From Sphagnum compactum (Eukaryota): 64,000 bases of DNA. The notes below the pieces were generated by a model. That model worked only from the letters and a program-made list of their open reading frames with translations, did not search any database and was not told the origin of the DNA. Numbering within the stretch: the stretch's first letter is position 1; each line of letters begins with the position of its first letter. Positions 1 to 14,249 of the stretch are shown here, in pieces. Made by a program: the position numbers and the translations under genes. The stretch is from NCBI GenBank assembly GCA_965153455.1, contig OZ234493.1, positions 19,830,213 through 19,894,212 of the forward strand, read 5' to 3'.

Positions 1-94
1 GTGAAACGGTTTTTGGTCGTGGATTTCGTGAGTTAGGTTCAGAAGCCGGCCGATTTGTTGAAACTCTGTTTTGGTTGCGTTGAAGTTGAAAGCG

Positions 95-3000
95 ATGGCG
101 ATCGTGTCCGAGGACGAGCAGCAGTCGGGAAGTGATATGATAGTCGAGGAGCCGCAGCAAGGAGGGGAGGTGGAGACCTTCGCTTTCCAGGCCGAGATTA
201 ATCAGCTGTTGAGTCTTATCATCAACACTTTTTACAGTAATAAGGAGATCTTCCTTCGGGAGCTTGTTTCCAATGCCTCTGATGTAAGCTAGCTATCTCT
301 CTGCCTACATGCTGTCCGAAATCTTGATATTCCGAGAACATGATAGAATAATATTTTTCTATGTATGGAAACTCAAGTGAAAAATAAATATAATGAAGGC
401 GGCCTTTCTCGGTGCGCCTTTATGTGCTTTAGATTTTTCTGGTTTTCCTGTCGGTTGTTCCTTAATGCTACACGCACATCTCTCTGGTGAAACTTTTTGT
501 TATCCGGCTAAATTCAGTCATCTAGAGTTCACCTGTCGACTTCTGCGAACCGTAGGACTTGGGCCTGGACTTCCAGTGTTGCCGTAAGATGAAGAGAAAG
601 CGTTTCGCAGCTGATTGAGCCGTGCGACATGTATTTCCTCTTGCCGTATGCTGTCGTAGCGTGTTTCGGCTTCTGGACTGCATACTCTTGAAGAAACAGA
701 TTTCTTAGATTCTGAATTAAAATCTGAACTCTTGCACTCTCATTGGCCTATTCTATCTTCTGAAAATGGGATTGTGGATTGTGTGTGAGTTTTCAAACGC
801 TTCCCCTTTTTGCAGTGCTATGCACTTGTTTATTTTCTATAAATAGTGGCAATCGACAGTGTCGTGGGTGCTCATTCCTATTGTACTTTTGCAGGCATTG
901 GACAAGATTCGGTTTGAAGGTCTAACAGACAAAAGTAAGCTGGAGAGCCAGCCTGAGCTCTTCATTCACATAGTGCCAGACAAAACCAACAACACTATTG
1001 CAATTATTGACTCAGGAATTGGAATGACCAAGGCTGGTAAGGATTTTAAAACTCTAACATCAAGTTTTTCTCGATTGTTGACTATTGAAGCAGGTGGATT
1101 TTGTGGTTGCAAGTTTGCTGTCTTTGAGTCACTTCAGATTGGCTGACAATGGTTGCTCTGCAGTGTTGATTCTACTTCATGTGTGATGACTCAACCTGGC
1201 TTCCTGTGATACAGATCTGGTGAACAATCTTGGAACAATTGCAAGATCAGGAACTAAATCATTCATGGAGGCACTCTCTGCTGGAGCGGATATCAGCATG
1301 ATTGGACAGTTTGGAGTGGGATTTTACTCTGCATACTTGGTTGCTGACAAAGTTGTGGTCACATCCAAGCACAATGACGATGAGCAATATGTCTGGGAGT
1401 CTCAGGCTGGAGGCTCTTTCACCATTCGAAGAGATACTGGTATGCAATCTTGAAGTCTCACATCAAATGTGTGTTCTCTTCCTGATGTTGAACGTCATTG
1501 GCAACTGAGTGCAACTAGTGTTTTCACTGTTCTGGCCTGTTCCAAGTGGATTGTCAAGTCCTGTGGTGTTTGGTGAAGGATCCACAGCAGTTATTTGTCA
1601 TATTCATTCCAACAATCTCAGTTTCCACTACTTTTGTTCAGTCAACTTTTGAAACTTTTGAAGGGTTTTAGTACTTGTAATGAGCTTTTTGTAGTACCTG
1701 TTCAGTTAATGTTGTTTGAATAGAAATCTTTTCAGTTTGTGGTGGTGGGTGTGTTCATTTATTCCAATTGCCATTATTCAGGTATGCCATGGTGTTAGTT
1801 CTGGGACTGATTTGATGTGAGTGTACCACTGTGAAGGTGAGGACTTGGGTCGGGGCACAAAGATCCTTTTGCACCTGAAAGAAGATCAGCTGGAATATCT
1901 GGAGGAAAGGAAGTTGAAGGACTTGGTGAAGAAGCACTCAGAGTTCATCAGTTACCCCATCTCTCTGTGGACTGAGAAGACAACTGAGAAGGAGGTGTCA
2001 GATGATGAGGATGAGGATAAAGAGGATAAGGATGAGGAGGAAGGAAAAATTGAGGAGATCAAGGATGATGATGAGAAGGAAAAAGCAAAGAAGAAAAAGA
2101 AGGTATGTTTTTGAGAGAAATCTTTGTTGTGCAGTGGATGAAGAGAAATTGATCTTACTGCCAAGATATTGATAGTTTTCCTAGAGTAATGAAGAGTTTC
2201 TTGACCTTATCTAACATTCTTGACATTTTTGCTGCCTGTGCAGGTTAAGGAAGTTTCCCATGAGTGGGCACTTATAAACAAGCAGAAGCCAATCTGGATG
2301 CGACAACCAGACCAGATTACCAAAGAGGAGTATGCTGCATTTTACAAAAGCTTGACTAATGACTGGGAGGAGCATTTGGCTGTCAAGCATTTCTCTGTTG
2401 AGGGTCAGGTAATGCAGACACCAATTGTGTGTCTAGTTGAAGTCATCTGTGTCCAGCACTTTATTTCTACTGCATATAACTTGAGAGGTCTAAAGAATTT
2501 GCTGTGGTTTTGCAGCTGGAATTCAAATCTGTGTTGTTTGTTCCAAAGAGGGCCCCCTTTGACATGTTTGATGGGCGCAAGAAGCAAAATAATATCAAGT
2601 TGTACGTGCGTCGTGTATTTATCATGGACAACTGTGAGGAGATCATCCCTGAGTATTTGGGCTTTGTGAAAGGCATTGTGGATTCTGAGGATCTTCCTTT
2701 GAACATTTCCCGAGAAATGCTTCAGCAAAACAAGATTCTGAAGGTTTGTCTCTCAATGTAATGGGTCTTAAATCTGAGAGGTGTTGATGTATATGGTGGA
2801 TTTCTGTTTTGCTGGGTTTGCTTATTTAGTGCTTTTTAATCCTAATTATCTTAATCAAGGAGTTGTTTTGTGGTGTTCCCACAGTCTTGATCATGGTTAC
2901 GTGGAGAATACTAAGGGTTCTCACATTAGCCTTTCCCTGGACTGCAGGTTATCAGGAAGAATATTGTGAAAAAGTGTATAGAGTTGTTCAATGAGATTGC

Positions 3001-4765
3001 AGAGAATAAGGAGGATTATGGGAAGTTCTATGAGGCTTTTGGAAAGAACTTGAAGCTTGGAATCCACGAGGACTCCCAAAATCGTGCCAAGCTTGCAGGT
3101 ATTGTACCTGCTCTCACTCTCTAACTCTGCAAGTTCCAGTCATTCTATCTATGGTAGAGGTTGTATGGCTAAATATTGATGGTTGTTCCTACTTGGCTTT
3201 CTGATGTTACATTCTTGTTTTCCTTCAGATTTGCTGAGGTACCAATCCACCAAGTCAGGAGAAGAGTTAACTTCTCTGAAGGATTATGTAACCCGCATGA
3301 AGGATGGGCAGAAGGATATTTATTACATCACAGGAGAATCTCGCAAGGCTGTCGAGAACTCTCCTTTCTTGGAGAAGCTGAAAAAGCGGGGCCTTGAAGT
3401 CCTCTTTATGGTTGATCCTATTGATGAGTATGCAGGTACACAAACTAGATCACCAAGTTTGTGTTTTCTCTATCATGTTTTCTTATTTCAAATGTGAACT
3501 AAAGGTAAAGACAGTGAGGTTAAGCTTCCAAAAAGTAAAAGAATGTCTATTTGAAAGTTGTTACAAATAAAAAGCGATTTCATATGTTGGTTACCCTAGC
3601 TGATGCAGTTGTTACAAACTTTGAGGAAATAAATTATTGATGCCTTTGGAATAGAATCTTATGCTTAACTTTGTTAATGCAGTGCAACAACTGAAGGAGT
3701 ATGATGGGAAAAAGTTGGTATCTGCTACAAAAGAGGGTTTGAAATTGGATGAAACTGAGGAGGAGAAGAAGAAGAAAGAGGAGACAAAAGCACAGTTTGA
3801 ACCTCTTTGCAAAGTCATAAAGGTATATCCAAGGTTACATGAAAATGTTGCTTTCCTCAAATGTGTTACAGCTTTCGTATCAAATGTGTTACAGCTTTCG
3901 TATTTGTCTATGTTCTCTTACTCATAACACCTTTGCATATGCAGGAAATTCTTGGGGATAAAGTGGAGAAGGTCCAGGTATCTGACCGTATTGTGGATTC
4001 ACCCTGTGTCTTGGTGACTGGAGAGTAAGTTTCCAGCCCTTGCTTTGTATTTCAGTAGTGCCTCAAATTAGAAGGAATGCAGCTTGTTGCAAAGAAACAG
4101 CATCCTCCTTTCTGCTTAGCGATATATAAACTTACAACTGCACTCATTCCCATGTTATGCAGATATGGGTGGAGTGCAAATATGGAGCGTATTATGAAAG
4201 CACAGGCACTCCGTGACACAAGCATGGGTAGTTACATGAGCAGCAAGAAGACCCTTGAAATCAACCCAGAGAATTCTGTTATGATTGAGTTGCGCAAGCG
4301 TGTTGATGTAGACAAGTCAGACAAAACTGTGAAAGACCTTGTCCTACTACTGTTTGAGACTGGTATGTGCAGTTACTTTTACTTTTGCACAACCTGCAAG
4401 CTAAAACAAATGTTGCTTAATATCTATTTACTGAATATGCTCTACTGATGTCTAGAAATTGTATATGGTACATATAATTGACATGTAACCGATGTTGCCA
4501 TTAGATGTTCATTGGCATGTGATTTATGTGTCCATACGATTGCATACCTGTGTTCTGACAATGCTGTTGATTTTGGAATGCAGCTATGTTGACATCTGGT
4601 TTTAGCCTGGATGATCCAAATACCTTTGGCACACGAATTCACCGCATGATTAAGCTTGGTCTGAGTATTGATGAGGATCCAGCTGCAGCAGCTGATGAGG
4701 ATGCTGATTTGCCCAACCTAGAAGAGGATGTAGATGAAGGTAGCCGCATGGAGGAGGTGGATTAA
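95..4765 (+). CDS. HSP90: Cytosolic heat shock protein 90 (HSP90/HSP83 type), 12 exons, 724 aa
   Basis: Hand-spliced exons with GT-AG introns: 95-283, 895-1036, 1215-1439, 1837-2102, 2244-2408, 2516-2743, 2948-3098, 3229-3435, 3683-3822, 3945-4024, 4163-4362, 4584-4765. Total 2175 nt, in frame. Motifs: [37 protein letters not shown], charged linker, [26 protein letters not shown]-terminal MEEVD (cytosolic). Confidence 0.97.
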
Positions 4766-7700
4766 ATCCTTAAAATGGCAGGAGACCTGATGCATTGAAG
4801 TTTTGGTTTCTTGAAAGAGTATGAACTATCAAGCTTTTTTCCATAGTAGTTTTTCCATAGTAGTTCACAATATGCAATTGGCTTGAAATATTCTCAGTAT
4901 TTTACTGTTCAGGGAGAAGTATTTTGAGAATTTTAAGTGACCGGTATATGATGTGATTGCCCGTTAATGCTACATGGTTTCTTGTACCTACCACTGATAA
5001 TTGAGTCACACCATTGTATGCTTCTATCTCTGTTCATACTATCAGAAGCTGATTCTATAGATTGAGGTGGTAACCCTACAACTTAAGATCAATCTACAAT
5101 TCTTTGTCTACTAATTTCTCTATATCATATTTTGCCAATTCATGGCTTTGAATTCACACAGCAATTTCACAGTGAGAGTTGCGATGATACTATTATGATT
5201 ACATATAAGTAAATGTATAATATATATATGGCAAACCAACATTATCATATTTCCATATGCAGAGGTTGCCTTAAGGTCAGGGTGTATAATTAGATGTATG
5301 TTAAATGAATATGGCAAGGGCAATATTAGTTGTATTTCCATATCTGGAGGTCAGAGAAACAGAAAGAATTGGAGATTAATTGCATCAGAAACCTGAAGAG
5401 TTGGCTTAACTCCATGGGGATTGTCTTCAATTCGGTTCTGCTACTTAAGAAATATGTTTTTTCTCTCCCTTCTATCTGCCCTCCAAGGCTTTGAACAAAA
5501 GCATTAGTATATCTTCTTCTCTTTGATACTTTGGAAGAGTTCTAGACCTACAGTACTTCTATTTTGTGGGTGAGAAATGGAGATAAGATACTTAGGAATC
5601 TTTTTTCAAGTGAATTTATCATTTATGTTTTCTTTTTCTAGGTGTATTTCTCTCTGTGCCAAGATTTTTCTTGGTTTTAGAGCTTGCAAACTCCGTAGGC
5701 TTTTGAGCATTGCTCTGCTTCTGTATATGTATCATCAAACACTGGGAAGAGAAGTAAGTGTAAAGTAATCTTTTAAGCTCCCTTCGAAAGAATCTCTCAA
5801 GAGTAGCAATGTGTGAGCATAACTGTGTTTTCATGTAGGTCAATCTATCTTACTAAACAATGGATGCCAAAAGTCCAATCATTATAGTTCCAGCTCCAGC
5901 TCCTAACCCCCCCCCCTCCAACCCCAACTTGATTTGCCGTTCAAGCCTGAGAAGTTGAAACTGTTAGAAGTTCCCACATGTTGCAGTAGATTGGATATGT
6001 CAAAAAGCTCGCTTACTCTTCTGATGAAGTGGACTTCAAGGATATGAGGCTAATGAAATAAAACATACACTGTTCAGCAAGTCTGGAGATAGGGTTTGCG
6101 GGTGGCTGAAAGAGTGCTGTAGCATCTGCTACAACTTGAAGCTCCCAGAAGTAGTGGTGGCTGCACCCCATGAGAGCTCATGTGACCATGGACCTTGCTG
6201 CTTTGACTTTGCTGTACATTGAGGATGATGCACACCACCATTGCTAAAATTCATCTTCAGCTTCTTCCTTGAGAGCTGTTCACTTTGATCTCACTACTAC
6301 TATAGGCTGCCGCAACCTTTCCTCCATATGCCTGCCTGCCAGTGCCTCCCTTCAAAACCTGAGCATGCACACACACACATGCTACTATATGATCATCAGC
6401 ATTCTAAAAATCTTCTCTTCTGATTAGTATAATATTTCTTGTAGAGGAAGCTGAATGTCCTTCATTGAAATTGTGATCCAAATTCTGTCATAAGAAACCG
6501 ATGTTTGTGGTAATTGCACTTACTTAGTTTATCTGGAGTGAGTTCTTGACCCAATTTGTCTTTTGATCAAAATGGATTAGGATCAAGTTCCTGGAACTGT
6601 TGCAAGTGATCATCAGCTCGCAGTGCAAATATGAGGAAACATTCATTAGAAATTAGCCAGACAGTGCTGAATAGAGATAATGTAGCACTTGCAAATTTGA
6701 CCACAACAGGAATTGCCGGGAGATCATGGTAAGGGGTAAAAAGGTAGTATGGGATTATTCGCATCTTTATGTTGATATATATTTACAAGCACAGCTAGCT
6801 CCACGCAGGTTTATGACCCCAATGGCCATCTCTGTCAGCCACTGCCACTGGCACCTACATCATACAGATGCATTCTGGAGGCAATTAGCAGATACTACTG
6901 AAGACACACATTTTGCAAACTTAGAAGCTCACACGCAACACACTATGAGGTGAATGGAATTTAAACACAACTTGTGATTGGTATTGAACACTCCAAGCTG
7001 CAATACTCAGCTTCAATCCACCTTCTGCCATTGGTTGTTGCATACTCCTATGATCCATTCACACCTTCATTCAATTTATTACTAGCAGACAATGGAAGAA
7101 TGCAAGAGATGATTTACCAACTCACACATAAAAAACAAAAGAACGATGTGATGAAATGCATGAATTTTGAAACTTGTGCAAAAATTAAAACTGCAGTTAT
7201 AGTTGCCAATTGTGTAACGAAAAACAAGGGCATGTACAAAGACCCTATAGGTCAATTCAACATAAAACAAGTAGCTGCATACATTTGATGGTAGTAATGC
7301 TCGCCAAGTAACCTAATTACCATGGGCTACAATCTATAGAAACTCTTGTTGTCAACACAAAAAAAATCAACAATTGGGGGTCTCTAGGGGTCAAATCTCT
7401 CTGATCTCACTCTCTTGAACTCAACTGGTCATTTTAGGCTTTTCTCATTTACAACGGATCACAGATTCCCATGTTGAAGATTTCATTTCCTAGAACAACA
7501 CAAAAAGGCAAGAGAGCACATGGCCTAGAATTCCTTTGAAACATAAAGTCCAATGAGTTCATCAACTTAAGAAACCTAACAATTCCGATGCTGCCACAAA
7601 TAACACTGACCTTAACTCAGACAATTTGAACTCCATACTACACAGAAACTAACTCATGAGTTTGACAAAGGAAAATTCAGTCCCTCCACTAACCATCACT

Positions 7701-10144
7701 CACAAATTCGGGACTTAACATATATTAATCTTCCTTGGGAGTTCCCATTATCGAGGGTGTGATCTCATGAAATATAGAACTACTACTCACAAAACAAAGC
7801 ACAAGGATGCACACACATACAATTTGAGAAGCGAAAAAGACCCCTTTCAGGGTTCTCAAGTTTGTCATTGTTCCCTAATCATCAACCCCTAAGTTTGTAT
7901 CAACAACTAACTCCTATCTACTAAGGCGCATGGTGCAACAGATACTTCATCACCTCCAAAACAGAAATCTATTGTGCACCAAACCACCTCTTCCTAAATT
8001 TGCACCTATGAGAAAAATCACAAATGCAAACAAAATATAGCAATGACAACAAAAACCTTACCTTCAAGTGGAAGTTGAGCTAAATAAAAATATTACTTTT
8101 GTCAAAAGGATTTAAACAAGAAAAGATAAAAGTTTTTGTCAAGAGGTAGTGGTTTAACCAATAAATTAAAAAATTGTCTAAAGGTAAAATAAAATAAAAT
8201 TAAAAATTATTAATTTTTCAAAGAGATAAAGGTTTAACTAAGAAATAAAGAGGTTTTGCTACAAGATAAAGGTCCAGTTACGAAGTAGAGGGGTTTTGCT
8301 GAAAATTAATGTTTTGCTTGGAAATTTAAGAAGATAATTGATATATAGAAATTTAACTAGGAAAAGGCAAAAGTTTTGCCAAGGATAAATAAAAGTTTGT
8401 TGAGAGGTAAAGAAAACATGGAGGTTTAACCAAAAAAAAAAAAGAAAAGGTGGGAGGGGGGTTCAATTGTTTGTGGGTAGGTAAGACCAAAATGTAGGTT
8501 AATAAGATAGTTAGGTCAATAAGGTAACTAGGTGGGAAAGTAGTATGAAGGTCAGGGTTGAGAAAAAAACAGCCCCAAAAAAAACTCATTGGTCAAAAAC
8601 CAAAAAAAGTACTGATTGAGGCTTGATGAAAAAATGCAACCCATCTCATGGACAGAACAGCCAACTGGTGCATTGGTGGGTGCTGGTTCACTTGACTGGA
8701 TGAAAAAATGCAGCCTATCCCATGGACAGAATGGCCAACTAAGAGAGTGGTTTGGAGTTCAACAGATACAAACTCCAATTTCTTCATGAATCCAAACAGG
8801 GTCGGCTCAAAAACACTTGATTTATTTATTATTTATTATTTATTATATTATATATTATATATATTTATTTTTTTGAGAAATTCAATAGGGTCAGGACCCA
8901 CAAAAATTAGTTTTTCAAACACACCCACTGGAAAATAATTAATCTTCCATCATAAGTAACAGGTACGGTTCATGGTATGAAGCATGATTTTTGTTTGAAC
9001 CTGACATAAAAGGGGCAGAGTCATGACTGGATGAGCCACTTGTTTACCTTCCCTATAAGAAGAGGGCTGAAGTTGAGTACTCAACATGACATTGCAAAAA
9101 TGTTTTGGGAAAAGTTTCAAGTAAGTAGTAGCTTGGAAGTTAGAAGCTCTTTGTGACAAGTGATTGTGCTTCCAATATTCACCTGTAAAGGTACTACAAC
9201 AAGGTGAGTGGCATTTGAATAGAATGTGGTAACTGAATTTGTTGAGGTGCTCTAGCCTAGTTGAAGCTTGTGACAAGGAGCCTCTTCTAAAAGTTGCCCA
9301 AAAAGGATGAAAAACTAGTCAATAACTAGTCAATTGCATTGCTGTATGTCTGTGAAGATGGGAGCTCTGAAACAATAGTTTACTCGGAGATGGGTGTGTT
9401 TCTAGTGGAGATCTAGTCTACTACGTGTGTGTCTGCATGATATTTCAAATTACGAAGTAGTTTGGACATGTGCTGTCTTGCTTGGACTTTTGAAGCAACA
9501 GATATTGTGTCCAATTGTTTGTGGAAATAGGAAGTCATGACAAATGGTGCTCGGGTTCCTCATAAAGTGGTATGGAAGGATTTCTTCCTTGATTCTTTCT
9601 AAATGACTTTGACATATTACACATACGGTAGTTGAATGGCAGGTTTGTTGGGTCTTTGCCCAATAATTATTTTTAATTCTGAATATTTCATTTTCACAAA
9701 TAAAATGTTCCAAAAAATTCTTCAATTTTACTTCACGCAACCTTTGTTTGAGAAAAATATTTTTTGGAAATTTTCAGCATGTCTAAAAATAATATAATGT
9801 AAATTGTTGATCTTGCTATTTAACTAGGGTAGTCTGATTGCCCCAACCATTATATATGGGCACAATAGGTAGTTGTTATTGTAGGCAATACAAAAGGATT
9901 GCCTACTTCTTTTTTTCCCTGACTGCCCCTTTGCCCATCGAAGATGTGTTTTGTGGTGCCCATCCATGTACACACTTTGGGTCCTGTTATGCACCATTTG
10001 GACTTACCAGGTGTAATTAACCTACTCTTGGTTACAATCACAAACTGTCCATAACATGGGTCCAAAGCAGGGTTTTTTTTTTTTTTTTTTTTTTAAAATT
10101 ATTAATTATTAATAATTTAAATTTTTTTTAGGTACTAGTCACAA

Positions 10145-10582
10145 TCTATCTATTAAAGAAGGTTTTTTTTGTTTGTTTGGTATGTTTTGGTTGTTTTGTT
10201 TGTTACATTGACAACTCCTAAATCATATTGCCTTTGGCCATGCTCTTTATACCATTAGAAAGCCCTCAATGAGTAGGGTGCACCCAGGTGCTGCCATAAT
10301 GTTTTGATCTACAATGGAGAAGTGATTGAATATTGAACATTGAAAATTCAATAAAACTAAAACTAAATATTAACAGAAATTGGGGCACATTCTTGGTAAG
10401 TGTGAATGAGTAGGATTTAATAGAGATGATTTCATAAGTTTTAGACTTATGTTGTGAGAGATATTGAAATTTGAGTAATTTTTGTCATTGGAAATTTAAC
10501 TAAACTACAAAAACTGGTTTTGCAAGGAGAAATTAGTTGCGTAACCAGGTCACACATGGGCGAATCGCACAAGCAACACTGA
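10145..10582 (+). mobile_element. Non-autonomous Helitron-like repeat, copy 1
   Basis: Starts A|TCTATCTATTAAAG, like a Helitron 5' TC end. It is homologous in reverse orientation to 19700-19947 (e.g. CAATGAGTAGGGTGCAC vs GTGCACCCCTATTCATTG; AATTGGGGCACATTCTTG vs CAAGAACATGCCCCAATT). The 3' end is degenerate (CACTGAT instead of CTAG-T). Confidence 0.5.
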
Positions 10583-11330
10583 TAACAAGTACATGCACAT
10601 ATAATGTTGAGGGATGATTCATTAGTAATTAGTTGTGGGACACCGAAAGTTCAAAATAAAAACTTTCTTGGTGATGCGTCTCATTGATTTGCCCATTTGG
10701 GACCCAAGGAACAAAACTGTGGCTGATAGCTGCATGCTGTCTCACCTCATTGGCTGCCTAAAATTTCTAATCTTATCCATGTTGGTCACTATTTTTGGCC
10801 TAGGCTCATGGGCATGAATTAGCCCCCTAATTCATAGGGACGGGGGGCATAGTGAACCAACCGTTGTGGATGAACCCCAACTGAGGTTTCGTCTCGTTTC
10901 ACCTTGGTAACATATCTCATTCCGAATAAGTCATATAGATAGGTAAGTAGAAAAATAGGTGGTTGCTAGCTAAGTACATGCAAATAATTGTAAATGGGTT
11001 GTTATCGGTGTTGGTCTCATATATAGGGTTTCAAGGGGTATGTATTTGGGTATGCATCTTGGTATGTAGAACCAAAACCAATCCATATCATTTTATGAAA
11101 AAACGAGAACATGTCTCGGTGATGAAACCCTAGCAACTTTACTAAACAAATCACCCCACAAAGGGGAAAAGGAAGAACAAAGAGAAAGGACCCAAGTCGG
11201 AGCCAGAAGCACAATAACCCAAGGTGGGCCACAAAGGGTTCACTGTAATTGCCTATACCCAGAGCTTTCCTCTATTGAGATTCTTCTATCCATATATGTT
11301 GTGTGAGATTTATTTGTTTTTGCTTTTGGG

Positions 11331-12734
11331 TATGTATATATCACGCTCAATAAATCTTTTTTTTCAGAATTAGGGCTTTGTGTTAATAAATTGGATGATT
11401 TGTCTTCTCTTTTTTTTTTATCATACCTTGTCTTGTGTTAGATGGCTATTATTTGAATGGTTTTCATAAGTGTTGTCATTTAATGCAATATTTATTGGCC
11501 TCTTACCAAGGCAAGGATATTGTATTTATGATGCATTCACATTTGATGTTAAATCAATGTTAAATGTAAACCTAGGTGGCATCCTAGGTGGCACTCAATG
11601 TTAGATGGGTGATATGTATATATCACGTTCAATAAATCTTTTCAAAATTAGGGCTTTGTGTTAATAAATTGGATGATTAGTCTTCTCTCTTTTTTTTATC
11701 ACACCTTGTCTTGTGTTAGATGGCTATTATTTGAATGGTCTTCATAAGTGTTGTCATTTAATGCAATATTTATTGGCCTTGCTTACCAAGGCAAGGATAT
11801 TGTATTTATGATGCATTCACATTTGATGTTAAATCAATGTTAAATGTAAACCTAGGTGGCATCCTAGGTGGCACTCAATGTTAGATGGGTGATATGTATA
11901 TATCACGTTCAATAAATCTTTTTTTCAGAATTAGGGCTTTGTGTTAATAAATTGGATGATTAGTCTTCTCTTTTTTTTTTATCACACCTTGTCTTGTGTT
12001 AGATGGCTATTATTTGAATGGTCTTCATAAGTGTTGTCATTTAATGCAATATTTATTGGCCTCTTACCAAGGCAAGGATATTGTATTTATGATGCATTCA
12101 CATTTGATGTTAAATCAATGTTAAATGTAAACCTAGGTGGCATCCTAGGTGGCACTCAATGTTAGATGGGTGATATGTATATATCACGTTCAATAAATCT
12201 TTTCAGATTAGGGCTTTGTGTTAATAAATTGGATGATTAGTCTTCTCTCTTTTTTTTATCACACCTTGTCTTGTGTTAGATGGCTATTATTTGAATGGTC
12301 TTCATAAGTGTTGTCATTTAATGCAATATTTATTGGCCTTGCTTACCAAGGCAAGGATACTGTATTTATGATGCATTCACATTTGATGTTAAATCAATGT
12401 TAAATGTAAACCTAGGTGGCATCCTAGGTGGCACTCAATGTTAGATGGGTGATATGTATATATCACGTTCAATAAATCTTTTCAGAATTAGGGCTTTATG
12501 TTAATAAATTGGATGATTAGTCTTCTCTCTTTTTTTTATCACACCTTGTCTTGTGTTAGATGGCTATTATTTGAATGGTCTTCATAAGTGTTGTCATTTA
12601 ATGCAATATTTATTGGCCTTGTTTACCAAGGCAAGGATATTGTATTTATGATGCATTCACATTTGATGTTAAATCAATGTGAAATGTAAACCTAGGTGGC
12701 ATCCTAGGTGGCACTCAATGTTAGATGAGTGATA
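11331..12734. repeat. Tandem array of 5 near-identical ~280 bp units
   Basis: Units start TATGTATATATCACG at 11331, 11613, 11893, 12174 and 12453. Differences are mostly T-run lengths plus a few substitutions. Confidence 0.97.
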
Positions 12735-12859
12735 GCTTAATGGTAAATGAATGTTAGTTTAAGAAAAAATCTTCATGATAAGTAAGTTTAAGTCTTAAAT
12801 GACTAGTATGGTGATAAGGCACTCAACACTAGAGTCCCTAACACCAAGTGTGAAATGTA
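12652..12859. mobile_element. MITE-like element whose left end forms part of the tandem unit
   Basis: Left end TGCATTCACATTTGATGTTA and right end TAACACCAAGTGTGAAATGTA form an imperfect inverted repeat, about 210 bp apart. Confidence 0.55.
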
Positions 12860-14249
12860 CCTTTAGATTCATTATAGAGTACTATAGCAGCTTAAGGGAT
12901 TTGGGACCTTAAGTAATACCTCTATTTTGATATGAGGATTTTTCATAGATGATATTTCGGCTTGTACAAAATTTTAAAAAAGACTTAATACTAATTATGT
13001 CAACTTATTTACATTTCACACAACCTTGATATAAAAGATTGTGAAAAAATGTTTTCATACAACCAATTAGAAGTGGTCACTTGCTTCATAAATAGGGTGT
13101 AACCTTGACCTTAACAAAAAAGAAAAACCCAACTTAGAAAACTTATTTAGAGAGATCTCCAACTCAAGACTTCATCTCAAAATGCAAAATGGGGAGCTCT
13201 AAGAGGAGAAATCAAGTTACTTAGGACCTAAACCCATCACCAATAGCACAAAGCAAGTCCTTTAAGGAAACAATTGTCATGACATGAATTAGAGTATCTC
13301 CCTCTTGTGGGTACCTATTTTCAGTTCTATTTGGCTTGGGCTCTGTGCTGCTGTGCATTACCACCATGATGATCCAAAAAAAATTCCTCTTCTTATGTTC
13401 CCATATTTTTTCAATAGGTCATCATTATTTATGTCAATGTCAAAATTAATTTAAATTATTATAAATATCATGGACATGAAAAAGCCGTGTTAATTTGCCT
13501 TTTCATATCCATGTTAATGGGTAGGGAAAAAGAGTGAGATATGTAGTTATAAGGACATGAGGTAGTTGTCTTAAGAATTGTTTTAAGAATTGTTAAAGGA
13601 CAATTGTATGCATCATTACTTGATATTTTGTAATGATCCACATAAAAATAATAAATTGCATGTGTACTGAACATAAACATTATTACTAACATATATTTTA
13701 TATTTTCCTTAAAGTTTATTTTGAAATTAAAGTTTAATATTTATATGCACCAAAAAAAACCATTTCATATATACAAATAAAATTTTCATGTAAGTTAATG
13801 TTAGCATAATTTTAAATAAATATTAAAATTAAAGTTGTCTACTAATTGTTTAACCTAGTCGAAAGAGATAGTTACAACAAAATTGCAAACAAAACCACAT
13901 TTCATCCATCCTCTAGTACTTTTTATCATCCATATATGTGTGTTTATGGTGTCGCCAAATCAGTTGAACATTAGTCAATGTCTTGATTGTGTGCCAACTA
14001 AAGAACCTTAGATAGCAAGAATGTTTTGAAAATGACCCTTTAGTTGAAACATGTTTCACACTGTTTACCAACATAGGTGGACATTCAACTTGGAGATGTT
14101 GATGCCAAAAATATTTGATAGATGACCACCTAGTTGAAAAATGCTTTCAACTATATACCAATATAGTAGACAAGTTGACTTAATTGGTAATTGCCATAAT
14201 TTTATTTTAAAATCACCAAAATCCTAGTTGAAACATAGTTGCAAATGTC

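Noticed and set aside
612..632. TGATTGAGCCGTGC in HSP90 intron 1 matches the first 14 nt of miR171 (a GRAS-targeting miRNA)
   Set aside because: The last 7 nt diverge (GACATGT vs CAATATC) and there is no good star arm upstream. The GRAS gene here is LISCL-type, and I saw no miR171 site in it. Likely chance.
6950..8000. Possible LINE reverse-transcriptase relic (LGVPI near 7736)
   Set aside because: Only one short motif is visible, which is too little to support a call without a profile search.
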